Shown: positions 11,580 through 23,781 of the stretch, piece by piece
How positions within the stretch are numbered: position 1 is the first letter of the stretch
How the letters are laid out: each line of letters begins with the position of its first letter
DNA from: Octopus sinensis
Lineage: Eukaryota
DNA: 64,000 bases
Assembly (NCBI RefSeq): GCF_006345805.1
Contig: NW_021832832.1
Span: forward strand, 35,819 to 99,818
Direction of reading: 5' to 3'
Translations under genes and position numbers: made by a program
The notes under the pieces: model-generated
The model's database searches: none
Seen by the model: only the letters and a program-made list of their open reading frames with translations
Told to the model about the DNA's origin: nothing

Positions 11580-13138
11580 GTTTGTGAATATGTGTATGTA
11601 CACAGGTATGTATATGTTTATACACAGTTTACTACTTAGATTGTTCGCTTAGATTTAGGCGTGAAAAGCCGGTCTATAAAAGCAGGATTGAAAAACCGGA
11701 ACGGCTGGTCAGAAACATCTTTTCAATTATCCAGACCTGGCAGGTAACTGCAACAATGTAGTCACCAGCCTTCATCAGACTGGAGATAACTGCAACTCGA
11801 GTTGTTTTATATGTTTTTGTACAGATCTAATTCATGTTTCGCATTGGTATTATTGTTTTCATTGAAGTAATTATTACGAAACAACTTCTCACTCGTGAAT
11901 ACACTCACAATAGAATGCTTTCGGCAGTTGAGGATTCAATTAAGTCGGCTATAAAAGCTATCAAAGTGATATTTGCCGCTGAAATGGCAAAAGGTGGATG
12001 TTCTATTTCATATTATTATATTTTTGATTTTTGCTTCATGTTTTACGTTTTTTCACCGAGTGATTAAATAAAAGCTGGTAAACTTGGATTTGTAGTTGGT
12101 CCTGGGAGAAAATTTTGCTCAAAGGCTACACTTTCCATTTTAAACACAGTAAAGAATGGCAACAAATATTTGGCGTGGATAACGAGCTTAATGTTAGTTT
12201 TCAATAATTCTACTCTGAATAACTCTGAACAATTGAGCTTTCAGTTAGTACATCGCGAATCGTTAAAGGAAGCAGCATAGCCCATTGCCTATAACTGGCG
12301 ATAATATTCAAGCTAGACAAATTAAGTTTATGCTAATATAAAAAGTGTAGGAGGTGGCCAGAAAGTGGGGAGAGGAGAACTGTCTGGAAACACAGAGCTG
12401 TGTTTATTGCGAGTTAAATCTTCTGTATACTCAGAAAAGGTCAAGTACGTTCATATGAAGTTTGGTGTTTGTGCGATTATGCGTAGGTGTTGTCACTGTT
12501 TAACCACGGATTAGCTTTGATTCAGTAGGCTTATGAATAAAAAAAAAAAAAGGTACTTCCACCCTGTTCTTTAATGTTTTCAGTTTCAGTGTACCCAGAA
12601 TTACAATACCTAATGGGTCCATTTTATAAAGGAAACAGGATGTGGTTTCGGGTGTGGGATGTTGCTATTTTTAGTAGGTCAAGAGATAGCTTAAGGGCTG
12701 AAGGTGCCTATATGACTGTGTTCAAGCGGAATGCTGATTACGATATCAATACGGATTTAAGCTGAAGCTAAGAATGACTGAGATTGCTGTGTATATGGGA
12801 AGCAAGGAAAGAACATACCACGTGATCATTATTGGCGTGTTTGGACACATATACAACCTACAACGTGTATTACTTCGTTAGAAAGTCACATAGTATGAAA
12901 CTGGTAATGTAATGCCAGATTATGAATATAGTTCCTGCGAGTGATGCTAATTTCACCCCAACTCTCTCCCAATCAAAATCTGAACCGAGATATATGCTAG
13001 AAGTAGCAGCCAAATATATTCCAACTGGCACCCAACAAAATTAAAATAGGAAAAAGGCGTTCAAATATGTAATCCCGTGTATATATGGTGTTTTTCACTA
13101 AAGCCATACTCACGCAACAACATATATGCACACATATA

Positions 13139-13360
13139 AGGCGGCGAGCTGGCAGAAACGTTAGCACGCCGGGCGAAATGCGTAGCTATATTTCGTCTGC
13201 CGTTACGTCCTGAGTTCAAATTCCGCCGAGGTCGACTTTGCCTTTCATCCTTTCGGGGTCGATAAATTAAGTACCAGTTACGCACTGGGGTCGACGTAAT
13301 CCATTTGTCTGTCCTTGCTTGTCCCCTCTGTGTTTAGTCCCTTGTGGGTAGTAAAGAAAT
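13139..13360 (+). mobile_element. SINE family B monomer with 17-bp TSD
   Basis: ggcggcgagctggcagaaacgttagc head, gagttcaaattcc B box; TSD atatatgcacacatata at 13122-38 and 13361-77. Confidence 0.92.
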
Positions 13361-14123
13361 ATATATGCACACATATACACACACACAAACACATATTCAA
13401 AATTTATGGCTTAAATAACAACATTGAAAGCTAAGTGAAAACAAAGCGTAATTATCAGAGCAACGTTAAATGAAGCATAACGAAAGTGAAAGTGTATTTG
13501 ACGCTTCGATATTAGTCCGTCTTCAAAAAGTTAGAAACCTACAAAGTGGAAGTGCAAAGGGATGGCAAAAAACACATATACACACCTACACCTACATAAG
13601 TACACACGTAATCATATTCATACCTAGTGCACACGCACACACATACATACCACATATATATAAACACAAAGTGGGTGGTTTAGTAGTTAGGATACTTGGC
13701 TTAAGTCCATAAGGTAGTGGGTTCACGTTCTGGAACGAGCAGTGTGTTGTGCTCTTGAACAAGGTGTCCACATTGTCCAGCTTATACAATTCTAAATCTG
13801 TATCCGCCAGTTTCTAGGACAACTCTGTCTCCCTCCGATTTTGACATACCAGATGTGCTGCTGGGCCAAGTGTAACGAAACTGAGGTAGTGCCTGTGTCT
13901 GCTTGCAAGAGCATGGGTACACTCACTGATCAGGAATCAAAATCAAAGCCAGAAATGCAGAACAGATTATCGGTAATTGGTATAACAAATAATCTCTGTA
14001 CTCTACCTACTGTATTGAGTTCTTTTTCAGATGTTAATTGCACTGCATGAAATATATTTTTAGAAACGTAGGAATTAATTGCACTAACACCTTGAATCTC
14101 TCTCCTTCTCTCTCTCTCTCTCT

Positions 14124-14179
<56 letters not shown>

Positions 14180-14357
14180 ATATGTGTGTATGGCTGTGTC
14201 TGTGTGCGTGCGTGTGTGTGTAATACACGTACACTCACGTACACCCACGCATATATTTATATATTTATTGCACTAATTAACTAGGCATATTAAAATTGGA
14301 TAGCTAAATGTAAACACGACAAATGGGCTTCATTCATTGAAATCTAAAAATACTAAA

Positions 14358-15804
14358 GAGAAACTAGTCATGTCTTGTTGATTATTTCTTCCATATTCAT
14401 TGTTGTAGCTGGCTATTAACGTGTTTAATGTACTTTAGGGCTCGATGTGTGTACAGTGCCATTAATGAAATTCTACGTCAACATAGCTACATCAATGCCG
14501 CTCCGGATCTAATTCAGTTTTTGTTTACTGAGGTAGGGTTACTTCTTTACGACTTACAGAATTAAAAGTGGAAGTTCTTATGTGACATTTTGCACCAATA
14601 TGCTACTTGATGACATGACTACGAATAATGTGCGGATTTTTTCAGATTTCTTCAGCCTCTACAAGGAAGACATCTGTTGAGGACGGGAAACGAATAGTGT
14701 ATTCTGAAGGCTTTCAGGAGAATGAGCAAAACTGTGCTAAAACAACCCATAACATGCTGGAGATAGTAAACAGTGTGGCGTTTCATGACAATACCCCGAA
14801 TTGTCAGGACTTACATATACATATAAAACCGGAATGAGACTGCTGGTCGCAGCAGTTTGGACGCTGATTATTTGGCGTTGAATCTGTTTTGGCGATGACG
14901 ATAGTACTTTTTGGCACTGAAGGATACGGATAGTGTGTGTTTATATGTATGTGTGTGTGTTTGAGAGAGATAAGAGAGGGGGAGGCAGAGAGATGGGGAG
15001 GTAGAGAGAGGAGAGGGGGAGGAGTAGGGAGAGAGAGGGAGAGAGAGATGGGGAGAGATTACAATTTATTAATTCAACACGATCGTCATAAATACTTTCC
15101 TTCTCCTCATATGCATATAAATAAAGGGAGAGAAAAAAGAAGGAAAGAAAGAAAGGAAAGAAGAAAGATAGAAAAGGAGAAAGGAGAAAGAGATTAAATA
15201 ACAGAGAGAGGGGGAGACAGAGAAAGAGAGAGAGAAAGAGAGAGAGAACACGAAAATCATTAACACGAGAGAAACAAAAACGTCGGAAAAATCAGCATTG
15301 AATCAACGACGCCAAATAAGCCGAGCCAAAAACGGCTGTGCCAAAACGTCTCGTACCCACATAACATGCACAAAATAGCGCTGTTATGTGCTGCACTCAT
15401 ATTATGTTTAGTAATATTGGTTTCAAATTTTGGCACATGGCCAGAAAGTACGAGAAGAGGGAGTAAGTCGGGCGGAGATAAAGAATACGTACACCACCCT
15501 AACCTCTGACCTTAGCCTAACCTTAAACACCGAGTGTACGTATTCTTTACTTTCGCCGTAAGTCAATTACAATTTATTTACCCTGAAACGATGAAGGGAA
15601 AATGGACGTCGGTAGATTTTGACCTCAGTAAACAAAAACTGAATTAGATCCGAAGCAGCTATGTTGACGTAGAAGTTCATTAATGGCACTCTACATACAC
15701 CGAGCCCTAAAGTACATTAAACACGTTAATAGCCAGCTACACTAAAAAAAAAAATATATATATATATATAGAAGAAATAATCAACAAGACACGACTAGTT
15801 TCTC
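14358..15804. repeat. Long inverted repeat pair (~180-bp arms, ~1.09 kb apart); possible TIR element or inverted duplication
   Basis: 14358-14534 aligns to the reverse complement of 15622-15804, with scattered substitutions, one ~11-nt indel and a T/(TA)n expansion. Confidence 0.85.
15471..15557. mobile_element. 87-bp MITE with 8-bp TSD (hAT-like), inserted in an old SINE
   Basis: Perfect 16-bp inverted repeats taaagaatacgtacac (15479-94 / 15534-49) inside ggcg..cgcc ends; TSD gtaagtcg (15463-70) / gtaagtca (15558-65); core has ccctaacc/cctaacc motifs. Confidence 0.7.
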
Positions 15805-17073
15805 ATAACATAGAGACCGATGAAAAGCTGCCGACGTGCTAACGATTCTGCCTGTTTGTCACTTTATTATGTTGACTTATATTGAATATATAATAGTAAA
15901 ATGCATACAGCTAAATACTACACTTACATATGACCATAAATTCTATGCTCGCATGAGAAGTGAAATCGCACATTAGAAAATATATACGGAAATATGAACA
16001 AATTAAATAATGGTAAATTATTGTTTACTTTATAAATTTTTTATCTTTTCATTTTTTAGAATCTTCCAGAGGGTGAAATAAATAATTTTAATGGTGGGTC
16101 TCATGGGTTTACGAAAACCATTTGAAAGAAAAATGTCGATGATTGCGCGTTGGACGTTGGACACAAACCTATATTCTCTGTAAATATATGGGAAATCATT
16201 GACTTCTTTCATATGTGTATGTGCAGCTGTGTGTATCTATATGTGAACGTAGCTCTATGTATTTGTGTCGGCATTTGTATACAAATATTATTGAAATTTC
16301 CAATTGATGAGATACGAATCTAATAATTATTTGATTGAATTAGAAGATATTAATCGAATACAACATCTTCTACGTTGATGAGAAGCGGTTGCGATTCAAC
16401 TTCTTAAAAATAAACATTATACAGTTTAACAAGACGACGAAATGGTAGAGTCTTGGAGCACCGAATAGAATATTCTGCCTTGTTGGCTTCAACTTTCTAC
16501 ATTAAGATCTCACCGATATAAACTTTGATTTCTTCCCTCCAAGATCGATAAATAAGGTACAAATTAGCACTACGTTTGATTCTTCCCCATATCTTTTGTC
16601 GGAGTTTTCAGTGAGAGACAAGTAAGCTCTTCACGTAGGTAAAAAAATGATATTCAACAAGATTTCTTCTAAGACTCGACGATTTACGATGCTACACGGA
16701 ACATAGCAAATACAGAAGAAAATATATAATTAAAAGCTACAGGAACGTTTATATAAACTATTGAAACTAAGTGATAGCTATAGCATATATCTGAGGTTGC
16801 AGTTTAAAACTCGTTGTAACCGTCATTGGTGTTTTGCACGTTTGCTTTCGTTGTTCGGAGCCTTATGAAATAGGCGTTCTAGCGGCACGCAATCCGTCTT
16901 TTTATAGGCGCAGGAATGGCTGTATAGTAAACAATCTTGCTGTGCAACCACTTGGTTCCAGGTTCAGTTCAATGCATGACACCTTAGGCAAGTGTCTTTA
17001 ACAATAGGCTCAGGCCGACCAATATTTACTGTGTACCAATTTGGTACACAGTAAATGTTCAAGACCATCGTAT

Positions 17074-17157
<84 letters not shown>

Positions 17158-17284
17158 CAGTATAGTGTAATTTTAGGGAATGTTTGGGTTATTCTTAGCT
17201 GGCTGTGATTACGTTGACGTCATATTGGGTAGTTTCTCTTCAAAAGTCATAAAATGTTGATGCGTTGGAATACGATGCATAACA

Positions 17285-17700
17285 AGAGTGGCTGTGTGGT
17301 AAGAAGCTTGCTTACGAACCACATGGGTCCGGGTTCAGTCCCACTGTGTGGAACCTTGGGCAAGTGTCTTCTACTATAGCCTCAGGTCGACCAAAGCCTT
17401 CTAAGTGGATTTGGTAGACGGAAACTGAAAGAAGCCCGTCGTAAATATGTATATATATATATATATATATATGCGTGCATATGTTTGTGTGTCTGTTTTT
17501 GTTCCACTAACATCGCTTGACAACCGATGCTGGTGTGTTTACGTGCCCGTAAGTTAGCGGTTCGGCAAAAGAGACTGATAGAACAAGTACTAGGCTTACA
17601 AGGAATAAGTCCTTGGGTCGATTTGCTTGACTAAAGGCGATGCTTCAGCATGGCCACAGTCAATGACTGAAACAAGTAAAAGAGAGTAAAAAGAGAGAGT
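17285..17700 (+). mobile_element. SINE family A; a diverged head lies at 16907-17075
   Basis: Alignable to 37063-37472. Confidence 0.9.
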
Positions 17701-17998
17701 AACATATGTACAGGACAATTGAATTTTGGTGAAGGGCCGTGAACCATCAAATCTCGTTCGGCACATCATGACTGGTACATATTTCACTATCCTACAATAA
17801 AGACATACAAAATAGTTCCACCATTCCATAGCAAAACTGTTGTACTACACTTTGACAATTTTAGATATCTTGACATCAGAAGGAGCTGGAGATACGATAG
17901 TATGACGAAAAGAAACGGCCATTGCAAGCAAAAAACGCATTTGGCCGAATTTAGACATACGACAGTTTAACATAGTAGCAACAATGTGTGTGTGTGTT

Positions 17999-18075
<77 letters not shown>

Positions 18076-19642
18076 CTATGTATGTATTTACAAACCTCAA
18101 TAAATAAGGCATGAACATTTGTCCATTATTGCAACAATCCACTGTTCAGACGTTGCGTTGTTATATATTACCAAAAACAGAAAACTGAACGGATGTGTTG
18201 CTATACTGCGTTCGTTAAGATCACTTGTTTTTCTCAATATCTACATTAATATAATGGTTTCTAATGAAGGTAAAATTACAATCTATGTCGCATTCACCTT
18301 CCACTTTCACTAGTTCAAACATTATGCTGAAGGCGCTCAACGCATATATATATCGTTAGTTGCATACACTGTCTCACACCTGGTCTATTTTATTGTTATT
18401 TGTAAATTTAAGTTAAGGATATTTTCATCAAGTACATTAGAGTAAAAAGAAATAAGATGTACCTTGTAGAGTTCAGATATATCTTGTTCAACATAGATTC
18501 ACGCCTCACGATGTATTTCAAAGACGCAATGACTGCACCTTAATCTTTATTAATACAAAACCAAGCCGGCAAATTGTAGTCGAATACAATAACTTGCGGT
18601 ATATCATCTGAGGTTTGACTCGCATAATTCAATTCGTGCCAAAATCAACTTTGCCTTTCAGGGTCAATGCAATGCATGGGTGAATCTGAAATTATGTTGG
18701 GAGACAATTGGCCAAGTAGCCACGCAATGGGATCGATCTCTTAGCAGCGTGGTTTGCAGAAAGCTTTTTTGTCATAGAAATTTCCCTGCTGCTATATTGA
18801 TTATATATCGGAGCCAAATGCCAATCGTCTAGACATTCTGTTATAGTTACACATAATACTGCCGGTTCTTTGAAACATTGAAGCAACTAGACAACTAGGG
18901 AAATGCACATACGTTCACACTACGCACACAGAGGCGTGTGTGCGGATATTCTTGTATGTAGGTCGATCTCCCGCTCGTCTCCCATTCGGATTATCTATCT
19001 GTTTCTCTTTTTCTACCTCATTCTTTTTCCCTATACACACAGAGATTTATATATATATATATATATATCCATGTTTGTCTGGTTTTATTGATAGGTATAT
19101 TTTACGCATGAATAATTTGAACTTCTTTCGCACTAAGCTATAGGTGTGTGTGTGTGCTTATGTATGTATTAGACGCAGTCTCATAATTCCAATCACGCTT
19201 CAATAGCTAAGATGAAAAGACAAAGAGAATGAAAAATATGAAAAGCGGAAAGAAAAAAACGGAAGGCAAATGAACAAAATAGTTATTCCTCTGGGTGAAA
19301 TCCCGTCCCCACTCCACATTTTTTTTTTCGTTTCTTTGTTATTATTCCTTCTTTATTCTTCAATGATTTACTCTTTTCAACATGCAGTTAGTTTTATGAT
19401 GTGTACAATTAATTGTATCTAGGTACATACGATTACACATGCATGATTTAATATGTATTGGCTGATTTATATCTACATGTGGTTTATTGTTACAGTTCTG
19501 CGTTGTATAGATAGAGTTAGAGAAAGTTCATGAAAACTAAGAACTTATAATCGATAGCGTTCGAATTGAAATGCAACCATTAAATTGACTATAATATACA
19601 GGGATAATGAGGGCATACACAATTACATACGTGCACATGCCC

Positions 19643-19673
<31 letters not shown>

Positions 19674-20171
19674 CATACATATATAAATTCAGCAAAAATT
19701 TAGATTCAAATGAATAGTACTTAATTTATATATATATATATATATATACATATATACAAACATACATATTAATGACAAGAGAATAGGAATCGCGTAATGA
19801 CATTCATTACGCGACTGCTGTAATATGTTGTACGTATATTTCGAACCGAGTACTTATGCAACATCCAATAGATTTCCCGGATCCACTGAAATTACGTGTA
19901 TATATATTTCAGAAAGCATTTAAATAAATAGTGTTGCTACATCCAGATCCACATGCGTAGTTAAATAATACGGTTTATGTGTCAAAATACACACTGAGAA
20001 ATCTCTTAGGATATATATTTTACTTTCCATGGGATATTGAATGTCCAGCTTTTCAGAGCAACTGATCGATTTCGTTTCAGTAAGGAATCATGATTCTTTA
20101 TTCTGAAGAAACCTGTCAATCATTATACAGCATAGTAGGTTCAAATCTTTCACTTGATATACATATATATA

Positions 20172-20365
20172 TAGGGAGAGTTCACGAAAAAACAAAAGAC
20201 GAAGACAGGTGGTGTACAAAGCAAACAGATGTATTAGTATAACGCTCAGGAATAGAAAAAGTATTTTACGTTTCGAGCCTACGCTCTTCTACAGAAAGGG
20301 ACACAGAAAAAAAAACAAGGAGAGACAAAAAAATGTGTGTAGTGGCTACCGATCTATCATGTCGA
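20172..20365 (-). mobile_element. ~190-bp Penelope-like (pLTR) repeat family H1, copy 1, with minimal hammerhead fold at 20264-20298
   Basis: Alignable to 33645-33830, 40448-40636 and 58851-59040, all in or beside (TA)n. Minus strand reads ttt-CTGTAGA-A-GAGC-gtag-GCTC-GAA-ACGT-A-aaa. Confidence 0.7.
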
Positions 20366-20372
20366 CTGATAT

Positions 20373-21900
20373 ATACAACTACTTGCTTCTCGAATCTATC
20401 CGGAATCGCAGTGTGGCTTTAGAAGAAGCAGATCAACTATCGATATGATATTCTCCATACGCCAACTTCAGGAGAAGTCCAGAGAGCAGAAAATGCCATT
20501 ATATATGGCCTTCATTGATCTAACAAAGGCTTTTGACTCGGTAAGCAGAACAGGCCTCTTCATCCTGCTCCAAAACATCGGATGTCCACTAAAGCTGCTG
20601 AAGATCATCAAGTCTTTCCATGATGACATGCAAGGCACCATATAGCACAACGGTTCAACATCTGCCGCCTTCCAAATAAAAAACGGGGTAAAGCAAGGCT
20701 GTGTCCTCGCTCCTACATTGTTTGGCATCTTCTTCTCACTCTTACTTTCACATGCCTTTCAGACATCAGATGATGGAGTGTTTCTGCACAGTAGAAGTGA
20801 CGGGAAACTGTTCAATCTCTCGCGCCTGCGTGCCAAGACCATAATCAGAAACGTCCTGATCAAGGAGATGTTATTTGCTGATGATGCCGCTCTGGTAACA
20901 CACACAGAAGAAGCCCTCCAAAGGCTCATTAACTGTTTTGAGCAAGCATGTAACGACTTTGGCTTAGCTATCAGCCTTAAGAAGACCAACATCATGGGCC
21001 AGGCTACATCGGACATCCCAAACATACATATTGGAGACCACAGATTAAAGAGGTGGAGAAGTTTACCTATCTGAGTTCTACCGTCACCTACACCCTATCC
21101 CTTGACGCTGAGCTCAATATACGCATTGGCAAGGCAGCTGCTGTGATGGCCCAACTCTCCAAACGGGCTTGGGACAGCAATAAGCTGACCAAGACCACGA
21201 AAATGAAGATCTACCAGGCATGTGTACTCAGCACTCTACTGTATGGAAGCGAGACCTGGACGCTATACACACGCCAAGAGCGTCGCCTAAACATCTTTCA
21301 CCTGCGCTGCCTCCGAAAAATCCTCCGCATCAAATGGCAGAATCATATCCCCAACAAAGATGTCCTCAGGCAAGCAGGAATACCAAGCATGTTTGCACTC
21401 CTCACACAAAGACGTATGAGATGGCTTGGGCATGTTAGCCGTATGAAAGATGGCAGAATCCCCAAGGACATACTCTACGGAGAGCTTGCTAGGGGTACTA
21501 GGTCTGTGGGTAGACCGATCTTACGTTACAGGGATGTTTGCAAAAGGGATATGAAGGCCTGCAACATCAATATTAGCGATTGGGAGGCAGTTGCCGGCAA
21601 CCGTGGAGAATGGCGACGTACAGTAAAAGATGGAATACAAAAGAGTGACAGAGAGAGAGAGGAGAAATGGAAAGAAAGGAAGAGAGGTAAACAAGAGACT
21701 ATGGCACTACAACCAGCCAGGAACAGTCTTCGCTACATTTGCGGTACCTGCCAGAGGGAGTGTTTGTCCAGGATAGGACTACACAACCACAGCAGGAAAT
21801 ATATCAGGACATGAAATACAAAACCGGACTAGACTACAAAAAAAAAAAAAAAAGAACATGCGCAACTCCATTGTCTCCCGAGACAGAAAGGATGCCAATA
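20373..21900 (+). mobile_element. 5'-truncated RTE-clade LINE (RT domain to 3' end), disabled
   Basis: Motifs YPESQCGFR, MAFIDLTKAFDSV, GVKQGCVLAPTLF, LFADDAAL, LLYGSETW, RWLGHVSRM and a C-terminal CGTCQRECLSRIGLHNH zinc finger. One in-frame TAG (20643-45) and one frameshift (~21045-52). Stop at 21814. 3' hairpin tgtctc-cc-gagaca at 21872-85. Confidence 0.95.
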
Positions 21901-22514
21901 ATATTGCAAGCATTCTAGTCAATTGTCTAGCTTCAAAATGCCTCTCCTGCTTCCTCTTACCTAATTTGAAAAACCGGGAAAAAATTCTAAGTGACGCGAG
22001 CTTTTTCTTTCTTCTCCACCTATGGGTTAAATAAGAGAACTGTTAGATGGAAGACTAGCTTGTCATGTCAGATTTTTTGGTGTGCAGATATTGCATGGTA
22101 TCACTAAAGTTTTGTTGCCATTAAACTTTCTGAGAACTCAGTTAACCATGAACACTATGAGCTACTAACGTTATTGCTTCTCTAGCCCACGAGCAATGGT
22201 AAAACAAATAGGGATCATAGTTTGTTTTCTCTACTTCTGTATATCTTTATTTATTTAGTTTTGGTTCCTACAAGATCACATAGTGTAGCAAAGTTGTTCA
22301 TCAGCAGAATTTCTTGGATGTTGTCCACAGATATTTATGAGACTACAGAGTGAATATTTCGCAAGTGTGTTGTTTCATTCAGTGTTGTGTAGAAACTGCT
22401 GCACACGAATTTCTAAACGATGACTATGGTGAGATACTGTGATCCAATGGCAAAATTTCCACGTTTATTCGTAGTAACAAACTATTACAGCTTTAGCCTT
22501 CCATCCAGCTGTTA

Positions 22515-22631
22515 TATATAAATGATGCGCTTCCACTTGTTTGCCAGGTTCGGGACTTCATTGCATTCATAAGAGACAAGTGTTTTATCGAGACCCGGAT
22601 ACTCGAATGCAACGAGTTTTTCCTGGGAAAG
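22515..22631 (+). promoter_or_regulatory. Possible TATA box and short first exon
   Basis: TATATAAA at 22515-22 in non-repetitive sequence, followed by AAG|GTAACT at 22629-37. Weak, because TATA-like words are common in this AT-rich DNA. Confidence 0.15.
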
Positions 22632-23068
22632 GTAACTTAAAATATCACCTTCCCAGGTTGACTCCGAGAAAAGTCTGATACCGTATGCAAAAAATCATTA
22701 TATTAATCCGATAGAATTTATGCGAGCAAGCGAGGTCGTGCAGTTAAAATCGTCGGTTGATTATCAAATATTTAACTATATTCAAAATATATAGCACTCT
22801 TGGCATGTGACCTCTGCTGAGGTCAACACAAGTCTTCTGAGTGGAAATGAACGAGCGGAAACTGAGCCGAATCTGCCAAATAAACTGTTTTGGATGAGGT
22901 GTGATTGATTCTCGCTTCTATCTCTGAAATCTGGAAAAGAGCCAAAGAGGTCAGTCTACTTGGTTTTCTTAGACGACCAAAATCGCAAAATAAATCTCTC
23001 AAATAAAACACTTAAAAAAGGAAAAGATATTGCATATTGTATTTCTAGTTATACCAAAATATTTGATA

Positions 23069-23463
23069 CTAACAGTATCGCCCGGCGCTGCTCGGGTTTG
23101 TTTCGACCCTTTAGAATTGGAATTTTTGAAAAGTAAAAATTGTGCATTATGTAGCTTGTTATTCTCTTTAAGTGAACATTTTTCTGGTTGAAATTCACCG
23201 AAAAATGGCGACACAGCAGTCAAACAATCGTAAAAAATAGGGATTTTCATAGAAAATAAGCACCTTTTTGATGTAAATAAACTTTTGGTGTTAACATGGC
23301 CCGATTTGAATTTTTTTTCTTCTACGGAAGGAAGAGCAAGCCTTCTTCTATCATACTCTCAATTTTGGTTAACTTGCGCCGCAGGGTCTCGGAGGAGATA
23401 ATGTTAGTTGAAGGCTACCCAACCTGCCATACACAGACAACTTCAGCTTTATATATAGAGAGA
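23069..23463 (-). mobile_element. Non-autonomous Helitron
   Basis: Minus strand: A|TCTCTCTATATATAAAG ... CCCGAGCAGCGCCGGG hairpin ... CGATACTGTTAG|T. 5' TC, GC hairpin ~12 nt from the end, TTAG 3' end (CTRR variant), A|T target, no TSD. Confidence 0.8.
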
Positions 23464-23703
23464 TATTTGTGCCTGAAACGCTGTTGATCAAAAATCTCTC
23501 TTCGACCAGAACCAATTTTAGGCTAAGCACCATCTTTCTCATTAAAATACCATCTTTCTCATTAAAATACCGCTTTCTCATTAAAATCATTTTATTTTCT
23601 CTGTTAGTAAATTTAGTAAAGAACAATTACCCTGGTTTTTCATCATTCCCCGTCTGTTCTGCAGGCTCTTACACCGTTTCCTCTTTATCATTTAGCAAAT
23701 TAT

Positions 23704-23781
<78 letters not shown>

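Noticed and set aside
11695-11783. Minus-strand CTGATGA-A-GGCTGG...CCAGCC, a possible fourth hammerhead
   Set aside because: The GAAA box is replaced by GTTC and no stem I partner exists; at best a dead relic.
14628-14837. ORF with mariner-like words as a transposase gene
   Set aside because: The motifs are too short and too closely spaced for a DD34D domain; noted only as a weak hint.
16030-16212. Strong acceptor at ~16070 and short ORFs on both strands
   Set aside because: No good donor and no recognisable peptide.
20468-21025. Antisense ORFs over the RTE
   Set aside because: Shadow frames of the LINE coding strand.
23531-23590. Short tandem duplications (20-bp x3 here; ~30-bp at 10190-10245; 22-bp at 58032-58070)
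   Set aside because: Ordinary slippage products with no further structure.
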